DNA of 38,171 nt from Octopus bimaculoides (taxonomy: Eukaryota), in the NCBI RefSeq assembly GCF_001194135.2, contig NC_068987.1:9841770-9879940 (forward strand), in the 5' to 3' direction. Below, piece after piece: positions 1 to 11,483 of this stretch. The notes beneath the pieces were generated by a model. That model saw only the letters and a list, made by a program, of their open reading frames with translations, did no database searches and was not told where the DNA came from. Positions within the stretch are counted from its first letter, which is position 1, and each line of letters opens with the position of its first letter. The position numbers and the translations under genes are program-made.

Positions 1-37
<37 letters not shown>

Positions 38-95
38 GTATGTATATATATGTATATATATATGTTTGTATCTATGTATGCATATGTGTGTATAT
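1..95. repeat. (TA)n grading into (TATG)n microsatellite
   Basis: Pure TA run over about 1-60, then tatgtatg-type degenerate units. Confidence 0.9.
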
Positions 96-950
96 AAGTT
101 TAAACAAATATTGAATACTTATCTATTTCACTTTTATGTATATGTTTACTCACACACTTATGAATATCCGAAGCAAATTCGACAGAAATCACATTCGTTA
201 GCTATTATCGATGGAAAGCAATATTTTATCACTTTATATCTCCAGCAAAGAAAAATAAATACATATAAACCAACAAATAGTTATAAATTAATAACAACTT
301 GGTGGATTTTATGATGAAACTTTGATTCTGTAGTCGTGTATATGAGATACATAATACTACTGATGAAGAATGCATTACAGCGGAAGTGGTTTATGAGAAG
401 CATATATGCTAAAGCATAGTATGATGTTCTATAATGAATAAAACAGTATCAGCGGCAGATGATGTGGTAGAAAATACGTACGAAGTAAGCAGGGTGACTC
501 AGAATCTATTGGGTTGTAGAAAAACCAGAGGAAATTTAAACAAATTCTTAGAACAGTTCGTATATGGTTCGGATGTATTTGACTTGTAAAAAGACAACTG
601 ATATAAAAGTCTGTTTATTTCACAACATACTTTGCATACTTATTATATAATTTGTTCGAGCTTGGCGGTCGTCACTCACAGTCGCTAGATACTTATCATT
701 GGTTTTCTAAAAGGAAACTAAAGCTTCTAGAGTCCTTTCATGGTTATTCCGCTCGGTGTAACCATAATTCGACTGGTGACATTTAAAGAGTTTTAAATGC
801 ATTCATCGATATACAAGAGGCGCTCTAAATCATTGTTGTTGCTTTAATACTTGTTGCCCAAAGCGAGAATTTTCTCCATGGCAAACCACAATGAAAATCA
901 CATTTTTATGGGACAAATACCCCTAATATATTTCAACTGATCTAAAAATG

Positions 951-1011
951 CCGCAACACTGCTTCACGAGTAAACTATATTCCGCAACACTGCTTCACGG
1001 GTAAACTATAT
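951..1011 (+). repeat. 31 bp tandem duplication (2 copies)
   Basis: ccgcaacactgcttcacgagtaaactatatt (951-981) is followed by ccgcaacactgcttcacgggtaaactatat (982-1011), with one mismatch. Confidence 0.9.
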
Positions 1012-1343
1012 GAACAATGTGAGTGTATTTCAAAGTGTGTATCTCAGTTAAGCGGTATCCCACAATCCCTCAGTAACACACATGGAATTGCTTTAAGTAT
1101 GACGAGGGTACCATAACTAACCCTATAAAGACTCCTTGTCTTTTTTTCGGTGGAAAGCAAAACAAACCATAACAAATCATGTTTCTACAAGAGTTAACTA
1201 TTTATAGTCGGGTGCGTTTGGTCATTTTAGACCTAAATATTTTGGGTACGGGTACGTACGACACAATAATTATCATTCCTCTTGAACTGTGATATAGTCA
1301 TTGCTATTTTTTAAAACCTTCAACTAATGCTATTTTAACTGAA

Positions 1344-1790
1344 CATCATTAGGTGTCATCTACACTCAGCAGGTTGAATAACAAGGATCTCTTTTCAGGT
1401 TTTTTTCACTGCCATTCTTACATATTTGCTATGTGATAACTTAGTAAAGTCGTAGATGATATCAAGCCAGGTTGTTTTAGATCTTTCTCTCAAGTGTTTG
1501 CCATTTATCTTTCTCTCAAGTAATAGTCTTTGTATACTTTATGCTCTTACTATTTGACCAAAGTACGTTAGCTTCCTTTTTTTTAAATAATAGAGTAATG
1601 ATCTTTTTGTATTTACTAATTGTAGCACTTCTTTATTAGTTTAAAGTTTTGTCCAAGATATTCTTAACATCCTTCTATATGTACAAATTTCAAAAGCTTC
1701 AATTTTGTCAGAGTTTTCAGCAATGTCAATGTTTCTTCACCATATAATGGGGTGAAGGATTTGTAAAATTTCCATATTTTTCGTTTCTAT
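1344..1790 (-). mobile_element. Decayed 5'-truncated RTE-clade LINE, 3' end of ORF and 3' terminus
   Basis: Minus-strand translation reads LYGEETLTL..KIEAFEICTYRRMLRISWTKL*TNKEVLQ...KRKLTYFGQIVRA*SIQRLLLERKINGKHLRERSKTTWLDII. This matches the RTE post-RT C-terminal motifs (EAFEMWCYRRMLRISW; RKLxYFGHI; LEGKIxGKR..W.D). It ends in gatgacacctaatgatg and has in-frame stops. Confidence 0.85.
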
Positions 1791-2029
1791 ATGTATATTC
1801 CTTGACGAAATGCTTACATATCTATAAAAAGTTATATCCATCACAGCACGGTTACTCAAAATGTAACTTAATTCTACAAAACAACATCCCATATATAGCA
1901 CGAATAATAATAAATAACCGAAATAGAAAAAATAACATTTAAAGCTGTCATTTGAGGAAGTCATGGATTAAGATGAGCATCAAATTTGAAGTTGCAATGC
2001 ATTATCATTAATGGACGATATATACATAC

Positions 2030-2065
2030 ATATACCTACCTACCTACCTACACATAAATAATCAC

Positions 2066-2127
<62 letters not shown>

Positions 2128-2128
2128 G

Positions 2129-2205
<77 letters not shown>

Positions 2206-2249
2206 ATATATNNNNNNNNNNNNNNNNNNNNNNNNNNNNNNNNNNNNNN

Positions 2250-2300
<51 letters not shown>
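2030..2300. repeat. Compound microsatellite (TACC)/(TATC)n/(TA)n spanning an N gap at 2212-2249
   Basis: Direct reading; the long (CTAT)n run is at about 2066-2205. Confidence 0.95.
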
Positions 2301-2301
<1 letters not shown>

Positions 2302-5300
2302 TACATAAATAGACGTAAAGACCTGAAGTCTGTGCAATACACACACACATATACATTAAAAAAGATATCTACGCATATATCTATAATGGGTGTTAATCTG
2401 TGTATTTGATAATTAGATAGACATAGACAGAGATAAACTGAGAGACTGATAGACTCGGCATGCATTTCAAGTGAGTATTTGACTGCTAGATTGATAGAGT
2501 TTTATGGGTGAAGAATCAACTGGAATCGAAATTTAATGATGCTAAATTACATCTTTTTATAGTCTCTCTAATAAAATAGCATCGATATTTCTCAAATATT
2601 GCCGTCTTTCTATTTATATTCCATTGATTTGCATCTTTGCTTATGGATAGATGTACAACTGATATATACATACTTAAACACGCGAAAACTGACATATACA
2701 TATGCACGCATGTACACATATGTACTTATGTCTGCAATACGTGTGTATGTATTTTTGTATGTTTGTACGTATGTGTCTGTGTATATATACGCATATCTAT
2801 ATTTATTTCTCTATCCATCTCTTTATTAATCTATTTCTGTATGTATACATGTAATAAAAAAAGAAAGGTGATGAACTGTACATGTAAAGAATTCAGTTAT
2901 TGGGGATGTTACATATATCTTACAGGAGTTAAACATATCTTTACAGCTGTTTCAAAGCTTTGATAAATAGTTGATATAATAATGCATAGTAGGTAAACAA
3001 GTGTACATAATGATAGTACTACGGACTAACTGGGATATTGATAGAAGTCATATAAATGTAGATGAATGACTTGGTGTACGTATGAATTATGTGTTCACTT
3101 GCTTCAGGTAAATTTTTATCCCACACATTATGTTTTTTTAAGAGACCAATAGTTTCCTCTTTTTATAGTTATTCTTAATATTTCTTATCCTTGGCTCGGC
3201 CCCTGAATAAGTTTGCTCTTCTTCCTTCTCCACAAGACGATGAAGAAGTGCTTCTGGGAAGATGCTACCTTACCTTTTCTCATCTGGGAGTGAGTTCGGG
3301 GTGGAATTTCAGCCTACACTCAAAGCTGAAAACTGTGATGCGGTAGAGACGCTATAAGAATTCCAGCTCCGATATCTGTAACTAGTGAAACTCTAAGGAC
3401 TGGAACCTGTTGTTCTTCTCCACCCTTTCTATCGCTTCTCGAGCTTTCCAAGCAAAAAGTCTTTCAAGTATCTTATACTATCGAACCTATAGTGACAGGT
3501 CTTTTCCGTCGAATTATCAATCCCACTCTATTTATCTCACAAGCTCAACGCTCGATTGTGAACTTTTGATTTTCGAGACTCATTAGGAATTGTAAGTTTA
3601 TTCTGTTGCCCATCATGACTTATCACTGTTTCTTATCCGTGAATTGACTTTTGCACTATTACAACCCAAAGGCTGCAACGAACCAGAGATGAAATTCGTT
3701 ACCGATTCCCCTGAATATCACTTTGCCCACCTACTGGACACAAATCCGCGGGAAGGCATATAACTTTCAGTTTCAACTTAGTTGAGGCATAAATTGCCGA
3801 CTTCGAGAGCACTCAAAGAATAATGTAAACCTTACAACGCTCATGGTGGGCGTCTTCTGATTGTTTTGAGAACAACTGAAAGAACATACCATTTCTTACG
3901 ATACATAAATAGATGATACTTTCATTGCTAATTCTTATATATAACGTATAATCTTGAAATTTGTTGCCTAATACACCTTTGTCAATGCACCGCCTTTTCC
4001 CTTGAGGTTAGTTATATAAAGTCTGTCTGTCTTGTGCATGTTTATGCATGAAAAACTGCCATTGTGAAATTTCTTTATATATGAATGTCACTGATGTTGT
4101 TGACACCAGAAACACTATTTTTTTTTTTATTAATGGTGCTGTTTCAAATAAGAATGTCTTTACATTAATTTTTTTCCTTCTGTAACGTACATGAGTTTTT
4201 TATACACTACTTTTATTTTCTTATATCTGTTCTGTGGTAATAATATTGTTTAGAATTTTGTTTCTTTCGTGGAATGCGAAGGGGAATTTTCATGGACATT
4301 TTTCTGTAGGCAGACAAACTGTGAGAAATATTTGCATAAGGAAACATTTTTTGTTTTTTACCTAAACATTGTAAGAAAAGACTTCCAAATTCTGAAATCT
4401 GTCTTTATGGGAATGAATTTAAAACAGCGACACTACTCCATGCAGTTATATGCGGTAGAATCCTACGCTTTGAGGATCAACTGAAAAATTGCCATCTCTG
4501 TTTGGTTATATGGTGTTCGATTCCTGACTTCTGTTTCCCTCGAATTATAGTAGGATTAAATTGGACAACCACTTCATTTGCTCCGGAATTCCGGGATTAA
4601 GGGGATGGAGATTCGAGACAACTATAAGTATACAAAACAAAAAATAGCTACACGATCATGGTTGTGTAGACACCTCACTGGATTTTGAGGTACGTGTTCC
4701 ACGGGACCATAGCTTGTAATAACTTTTCTGATCGTTGAAACGTGATTACTGATGGTTGGGTTTTGATTCACTCAGGCCATAGGAAGTCCACTTTTCATAA
4801 GCTTAGATTAACTCACACTTTTCATTAAAACTTGGAAGTGAGTCAGCTATCTTCAACTTTGTTTTGGAGACCTTTAATATGGTTAACTAATAGAAACGCA
4901 CAGCTCAATAACAAAAGTTCGTTGAGTGACAGATGAAATCTGAATGCCAGTAGCAGCCTTATTACCCATATTTTCGTATTCTTCTCTATTTCGTTCTCTT
5001 TATGTTTCTTGTAATTCAAAGGTTTTGTTTTGCTACTGTATGTCATTAAAAAATGCATTAATGGTACTCAGCTGATCGAAAAACGTATTTTCAACCATTG
5101 AGAGGGAGCAATTGATATGAAGTTCAAGTTAGACATATATTTGCGACAATGCAAACTTGAGGAGAAATAATTTAATTATTCTCATAAGAAACTGAAGTAC
5201 AAGAGCTAAACGAAACACAGATGCGTCTACTTGTATTAAATCATTCAATAGTACAACAGGTCACATCAGCAGCTGATGAGTACTCTCGGGCATAACAAAC

Positions 5301-6278
5301 GCAATAACGAATATGTGTGTGCGCGCGCGTATGTGTATTTGTGCCCACGCACGAACACATATATATACACACACACATGCGTATATATATGTATATGTGC
5401 ACTTGCGTGATTTAACAATAGTAGGTGTTACAGTTATTACGTGTTGAACTTTAGAAAGTTTGTTTATTTTTACTGATATCTAAAAGGGCAATTTGTCTTT
5501 GCTATACTACAAAGTAAACAGAATTTTATTGATAATATTATTTATGAAAGTTGATATTTAGAAAGCCATTTCAATCCTTCCCATAACATAAAGTGATCGT
5601 CTAAATATCTCTCCCAATTCTCTTTCCAGTAGTTATGAAAATGGTTTCATATTTCTGCCTAGATTTGTCATATGTTTTTATTTCAAGTTATCTCATTACT
5701 AAATTTGCGTATGTTGGAGCGAATACGATCCCCATTGTCCTTCATAATGTTTCTGTATGTATTACTTGATCGAAATTAAAAAAATTGTTTTGTTGAATAA
5801 TTGTTTTGTCGACCAGCAATAATAAATTCTTTTAAAATATAGACTAGTAATTCATGAGGAAATTTATTAAGCCAAAAATGCAGTTTTTATTCCATATTCA
5901 TGCGGTATACTTGAATACAGGTTAACCACATCAAAAGAAACTATCTAGGTTTCTTCATTCGTTGTACACGGAAGACGGTATAAAATATCCCAAGTCACCC
6001 ATTGTGTGTCTCTGTATATGTTTCAAATATTGTTTTAGTAACGTTTAAGAAATTGCTAAATCGGTGTGTTTCACAAGAAGCTCCTGCCATTGTTGGTTGT
6101 AATTTTAAAGCATTCCAGCTTTTGCGATTCAAACCTACGCTCTTCTACAGGATAGAATAAGGAGAGAAAACAGATGGAGAGAGGAAATTGGGGAAAAAAT
6201 GGAAAGGAAAAAAGTATCTGGATTAACGGCTGCGCGCAAACACACCCACACATATGCACACACATACATACACACATA

Positions 6279-6554
6279 TTTGAACTCAGAACGTAGCGGC
6301 AGACGAAATACAGCTAAGCATTTCACCCGGCGTGCTAACGTTTCTGCCAGCTCGCCGTCTTGGAACATGCAATATATCCTTTTCTACTCTTGGCACAAGG
6401 CCTAGAAATTTTTGGGGAGGTGGCCGGACGATTAGAACGACCCCAGTACGCAACTGGCATTTAATTTATCGATTCCGAAAGGATGAAGGGCAAAGTCGAC
6501 CTCAGCGGAATTTGAACTCAGAACGTGCTAACGCTTCTGCTAGTTCGCCGCCTT
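6279..6554 (-). mobile_element. Two head-to-tail SINE family A copies (6369-6554 internally deleted; 6279-6358 head only)
   Basis: The reverse complement carries the A-family head ggcggcga(a/g)ct(a/g)gcagaa..gttagcacg and the B box gagttcaaattcc. It also has the core gaggtcgactttgccc/tttcatcctttcgg and the tail ggccttgtgccaagagtagaaaaggatat. A second head follows about 12 nt later. Confidence 0.85.
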
Positions 6555-7067
6555 CCCGTTGTATATATTCATTAATACGTTGTCATGTATACGTAACACT
6601 TAGCACAACAAATCCTAGTGCTTGTGAAATATTTTTCATTTAAATGATATCTGTTAGTGTTCATACATTTGCTTGTTTGAATGGGACTATCAATTGTTGA
6701 ACGGACGAATTCTATGTGTGTAGACAAAGGTAAAGTTACACTTACAAGCGGTAGAATAGTTAACTTTAATATTTTGATAGTTGAAATTTTTGTACTATTT
6801 CCGATAGTTTCGGAAATGTTTGTCTTCATAATTTAGGAAATTTCTACTAATACAATTACTTACTTGACGATTGCAAGGGGTATTGTACCATAATATATAC
6901 AGTTTTCTATATATGTATATTGTTTTTGTCTACGAATGTTTTTATCATTATTTCTAATGTATTTATCTTATTCGCCAAAAATACTTCGTGATAGTACCTC
7001 ATTATAGTAATTTGTATCCTTTATAAAACTAACTTTTGTGTATACCAAACATTTCTGCTTAATAGCA

Positions 7068-7113
7068 ATACATACATACATACATACTTACATACATACA
7101 TACATACTTACAT

Positions 7114-7145
<32 letters not shown>

Positions 7146-7385
7146 GCACGTATATATATACAGATAGATATACATACACACACATATATACATATACATA
7201 TATATATATATATATGTACTTACATATGTATATATACACACACATGCATATATATATATATATATATATACATACACACATATTTGTATATATGTATATA
7301 TGTGTGTGTGTGTGTTTATTTATATATCTCTGTGTGTATATATGTACATATATCTATGTCTGTACATATAGGGTATATACAAGAT
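7068..7385. repeat. Compound (TACA)n/(CA)n/(TA)n/(TG)n microsatellite
   Basis: Direct reading; it explains the HTYI/VCMY ORFs at 7038-7403 and 7059-7277. Confidence 0.95.
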
Positions 7386-8185
7386 CACATTAGATTCCAT
7401 TAACTTTAGAGCTAAAGCGATTGTACTTAGCTTGTAGACGATTAGACGATAGGGATGAAATTGTATTATACTACGCAGCAAATTTTATATCAACTTTAAA
7501 AGGACTGTGAGAGTAATTCCTCTAATTTCCAGATATTTATCTCCTAGATTCATCAATCGATATAAAAGTCAATTTGGTATTGTTTGTAAAGATGTTTTAG
7601 AGGAAATATTCCTTAAATTTAATGACGTTTCTAGTTATCTATTACAGGACAAAAACATTTCCATCATAAAGAGGATTAAGAACCAATACAAATTCATCTG
7701 GTTTGTTACCATGGAGTATTATCGGAGTATTACTAACTTCTTCCTCACCGGATCATTAACTGTCTCTAATCACCATATTCTCGTATTAAAATTAGTCTGT
7801 ACCGCGTTTACCTTTTTTAATTAGTTCTAGTCCGCTGGTTGTGGCCATACTGGAATTCTGTCTGTTAAACAAATTGGAAAAGAAAATCTCTATGATTTGT
7901 ATATAATAAACTGTGATAAATAAAACGATATAACTTTTTTTCTATATTTATATCGTTTAAAAAACATCTTGATTGAATATTTTTTAAAGTTTTATTGGGT
8001 TTTCTGGATAAAAAAAATTGAAGATTGCAGAGTAATTTGTTACTATATTTTACCCATAATGCTCACAAAATTGAATTGAATTTTAAAAAAATTCTTTTTG
8101 TACAGAGCTGGTTATACTGTGTTGATAACATTTGTAATTAAATAGCAGAAATGTACCGTGTCGATAGCTTTATAACAGAATACTA

Positions 8186-8390
8186 AAAGCGGTAAGCTGG
8201 CGGAATCGTTAGCACATCGGACAAAATGCTTACCGGTGATTTTTTTTTTTAGGTTATTTACTATTTGAGTTCAAATCCCGTTGAGGTCGACTTTGCCTTT
8301 CATCCCTTCAGCGTCGATACAATAAAATACCAGTAAAGGACTAGGGTCGACGTAATCGACTTGCCCCTTCTCTCAAAATTTCTGCCTTGA
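8186..8390 (+). mobile_element. SINE family A copy
   Basis: gctggcggaatcgttagcac...gagttcaaatccc..gaggtcgactttgcctttcatccc...gggtcgacgtaatcgacttg matches the other A copies. Confidence 0.85.
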
Positions 8391-8495
8391 ATCCTATAAC
8401 GGACTAGCATCCCGCTCAAAGAGAATATGAGCTCGGTTACTTATATATGATGTCTCATGGAGATCGGGTAACCAGCCTTATGAGTCCCAGGATTC
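8391..8495 (+). mobile_element. Fragment of another probable SINE 3' domain
   Basis: ggactagcatcccg...ccagccttatgagtccc resembles, from memory, the 'gatggactagcatcccgtccagg' domain of invertebrate SINEs. There is only one copy in the window. Confidence 0.3.
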
Positions 8496-9168
8496 GAGAA
8501 AAATAAAACAAATCAAAACAAACAAAAAAAAACAGGAATAGATTTAGGGAACAAACAGATTTAGGGAACAACTGATTAATTTATTTAAAGATTTCAATCT
8601 TGAAAATTATATTCAAAAGCTCTCTGAAAACATAACTTTCCTTTTGGCTCCTTAAGCTATAACGCTTTTCTCCAGTATTTTCCTTAATAAAATATTTAAT
8701 GGAATAATAGTACAGTACATTCTGAGCAAATGTATAAAACATTTCGGTCGCTTGTACTTACTTTCGTACTCTTTCAGTCATCATTTAACATTCTGTACAA
8801 TTGGTATCGTTTGATATATTTCCATAGAATACATATTTTACATTATAAACGACATTATATCCACTCACACATAATACTTGAACCTCACTCAACTTATATT
8901 CTGCGTAATTCTCATCCTATACTATATATCTAGGCAGCGCATATACTTCACGATCACAACTCGAAACTATAACTGAGACAATACAACTGGCATAACGAAT
9001 GCGAAACACAATCAGAAAACAATAGAGTATAACAGCTACCATATTTTATACAAGCAAACGAAATACTTAAGTAACACAGAGACAGCCAGACAAACATTTT
9101 CCAATAAAATAAAACCTGTAGATTTAGCATACAAACAGAATCCTGCATTCTCGAAAAACAATACAATA

Positions 9169-9169
<1 letters not shown>

Positions 9170-9212
<43 letters not shown>
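9170..9212. repeat. (CA)n microsatellite
   Basis: Direct reading. Confidence 0.95.
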
Positions 9213-9215
<3 letters not shown>

Positions 9216-10681
9216 GAGAAACATCTGGATGTGTTGTAGAAAATAACATAAATTCGTTGAAAACATGACTGTAAAAAAAATTCAACTTACAGTAACAATA
9301 AAAACATGTCGACAATGATAACAATTTTCTTCCTATTTACAGCTCTTTATTCATCTTTGTATTATTCTATTTCAAATACGTCTGAAACAGCATCAAATCA
9401 GCTACTTAGATTATATTCATTTGCCGTGTTTTTTGTTTGTATTGTTTGTATTATAAATGAGACTGCAAATTAGCGCTTCTGATATCTTTATTTGATCAAT
9501 GCAAGCATGAAGAATGTCTCCATCAAGTTCTGCAATTTGAGGCCAGTAAGGCTTCTCATTCTACATAATTATATTCTCGACTTCTGTTAAATACTCCTCA
9601 AATTCTGCTGAGTATGACGCCATTCTTCTCAATATCAAATCTCAACCAATCAGAAGAACATTAGCTGTGGTTTCATTGCGCCATATTAATCATTAACAAA
9701 GAAACACTTTGAAAGCTACATCCGGCTTTTCAACAAAAGATGTTTGCTGTGGTAAATTCTTAATTGACGCTCTTTTCTGCTGCTCAAACCAGATGCGTTT
9801 GTGATAAGCAGTGAATTGTAATTAATTTATGTATTTACTTTTTAAACAATTTCAATTCGTACAGTTTCATAAGTAAAAGTTGAATATTAATATAATAGAA
9901 TATCTTGATTTAAAACGAAAGCTGAAAAGGAAAACATTTATTGCTTGCAATTAAAAATCAGCATTATATTAATGAATAATAATTAACTAAAGATGTTTCT
10001 CAGAAAATAGTCTCTATTTTATGATTAAATAATGTATAAATTTGTGAGTGTTAATTTTTGTTGTCATATTTATAATTAGTTAGTCATAGATAAATATATT
10101 TAGAGTCTTAAGTTTTCTCTGGAGTGACGGAATATTTAGATAAATCGTTTTAGCAAATCGTTTTAATATTCAATTTCAAATAATGCAAGCTGTAGATATC
10201 GTGACAGTGATGCGCTCTCAAAATGAGAGGTAGCAGTTTCGTATTGATTTTAATTGGAATAATACAGAACTGGCAATTTTAGCAATGAAGAAGATATAAT
10301 AGATGATATGCACGCACAATACAATAGCAATTTCGAGTCTTAGTAATAAAATATTTGCCATTTTACTTCATAAACGGTGCAGGGTTTCAATTGTTAACTC
10401 AGTATTATTAGTGAAGGAAACACACATATATATATATACATTTTGGGGGTATTTTAAATATAACTTCGATATGATTTCATGCTAGTAGCGATGACGGAGA
10501 TGGATAGCTGTTCGTTATTTTATCAACTGTTGTTGCCGGAAGCGATTGAACCTTTCTGAAAGCAAAAATCGAAACTCGTCTATGCATACACAAATAACGT
10601 ATAAACTGTGCTATACAGAGTAGATTTTCTGGATTTAAAGTTTTCAGCTTCATATACATACATACATACATACATACATGA

Positions 10682-11070
10682 TTGATAATTGGCACGCCGT
10701 CGCTTACGACGACAAGGGTTCCAATTGATCCGATTAACCGAACAGCCTGCTCGTGAAATTAACGTGCAAGTGGCTGAGCACTCCACACACACGTGTACCC
10801 TTAACGTAGTTCTCGGGGATATTCAGCGTGACACAGAGTGTGACAAGGCCGGCCCTTTGAATTACAGGTACAACAGAAACAGGAAGAAAGAGTGAGAGAA
10901 AGTTGTGGTGAAAGAGTACAGCAGGGTTCGCCACCATCTCCCGCCGAAGCCTCGTGGAGCTTTAGGTGTTTTTGCTCAATAAACACTCACAACGCCCGGT
11001 CTGGGAATCGAAACCGCGATCCTATGACCGCGAGTCCGCTGCCCTAACCACTGGGCCATTGCGCCTCCAC
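10682..11070 (-). mobile_element. Full-length SINE family B copy embedded in a (TACA)n array
   Basis: The reverse complement has a tRNA-like head gtggaggcgcaatggcccagtggttagggcagcggactcgcggtcataggatcgcggtttcgattcccagaccggg with Pol III A and B boxes. The 3' stem-loop is gtcgtcgtaagcgacggc. It is near-identical to 35323-35710. Confidence 0.92.
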
Positions 11071-11150
11071 ATACATACATACATACATACATACATACAT
11101 ACATACATACATACATACATACATACATACATACACACATACATACATAC
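11071..11150. repeat. (TACA)n microsatellite
   Basis: Direct reading; about 20 units. Confidence 0.95.
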
Positions 11151-11246
11151 CCTATTTAACAAGATCTTACTTAAGTGTGGCGTTTTAAGCAATATTGAAG
11201 CAGAGCATGGTTGAGTGGCTCAGAAACTCGCCTTGCAAACGTGTTG

Positions 11247-11480
11247 CTTATTTCTTTATTTCCTACAAGGAGCTAAACATAGAGGGAACAAACAAGGACA
11301 GACAAAGGGATTAAGTCGATTATATCGACCCCAGTGCGCAACTGGTACTTAATTTATCAACCCCGAAAGGATGAAAAGCTAAGTCGACCTCGTCGGAATT
11401 TGAACTCAGAACGTAACGGCAGACGAAATACCGCTAAGCATTTCACCCGGCGCCCTGACGATTCAGCCAGCTCACCACCT
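11247..11480 (-). mobile_element. Full-length SINE family A copy with an alternative 3' tail
   Basis: Same head and core as the other A copies. After ggggtcgatataatcgact the tail is taatccctttgtctgtccttgtttgttccctctatgtttagctccttgtaggaaataaagaaataag. Confidence 0.9.
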
Positions 11481-11483
11481 TGC

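Noticed and set aside
4583-4596. 12 bp palindrome ccggaattccgg
   Set aside because: A single short palindrome in 38 kb has no supporting context.
5270-5315. CTGATGAG motif suggesting a hammerhead ribozyme core
   Set aside because: There is no stem II and no properly placed GAAA, so the flanks cannot form the three-helix junction.
7507-7824. 105 aa ORF in non-repeat AT-rich sequence; the opposite strand has a short EIRGITL motif reminiscent of Polinton PolB
   Set aside because: There is no recognisable domain or splice support, and a 7-residue resemblance surrounded by stops is not evidence.
10990-11070. tRNA-like sequences at SINE heads (also 15825-15900, 19636-19700, 20620-20690, 35630-35710)
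   Set aside because: They carry Pol III A and B boxes but continue into SINE bodies and lack a clean acceptor stem. They are SINE heads, not tRNA genes.
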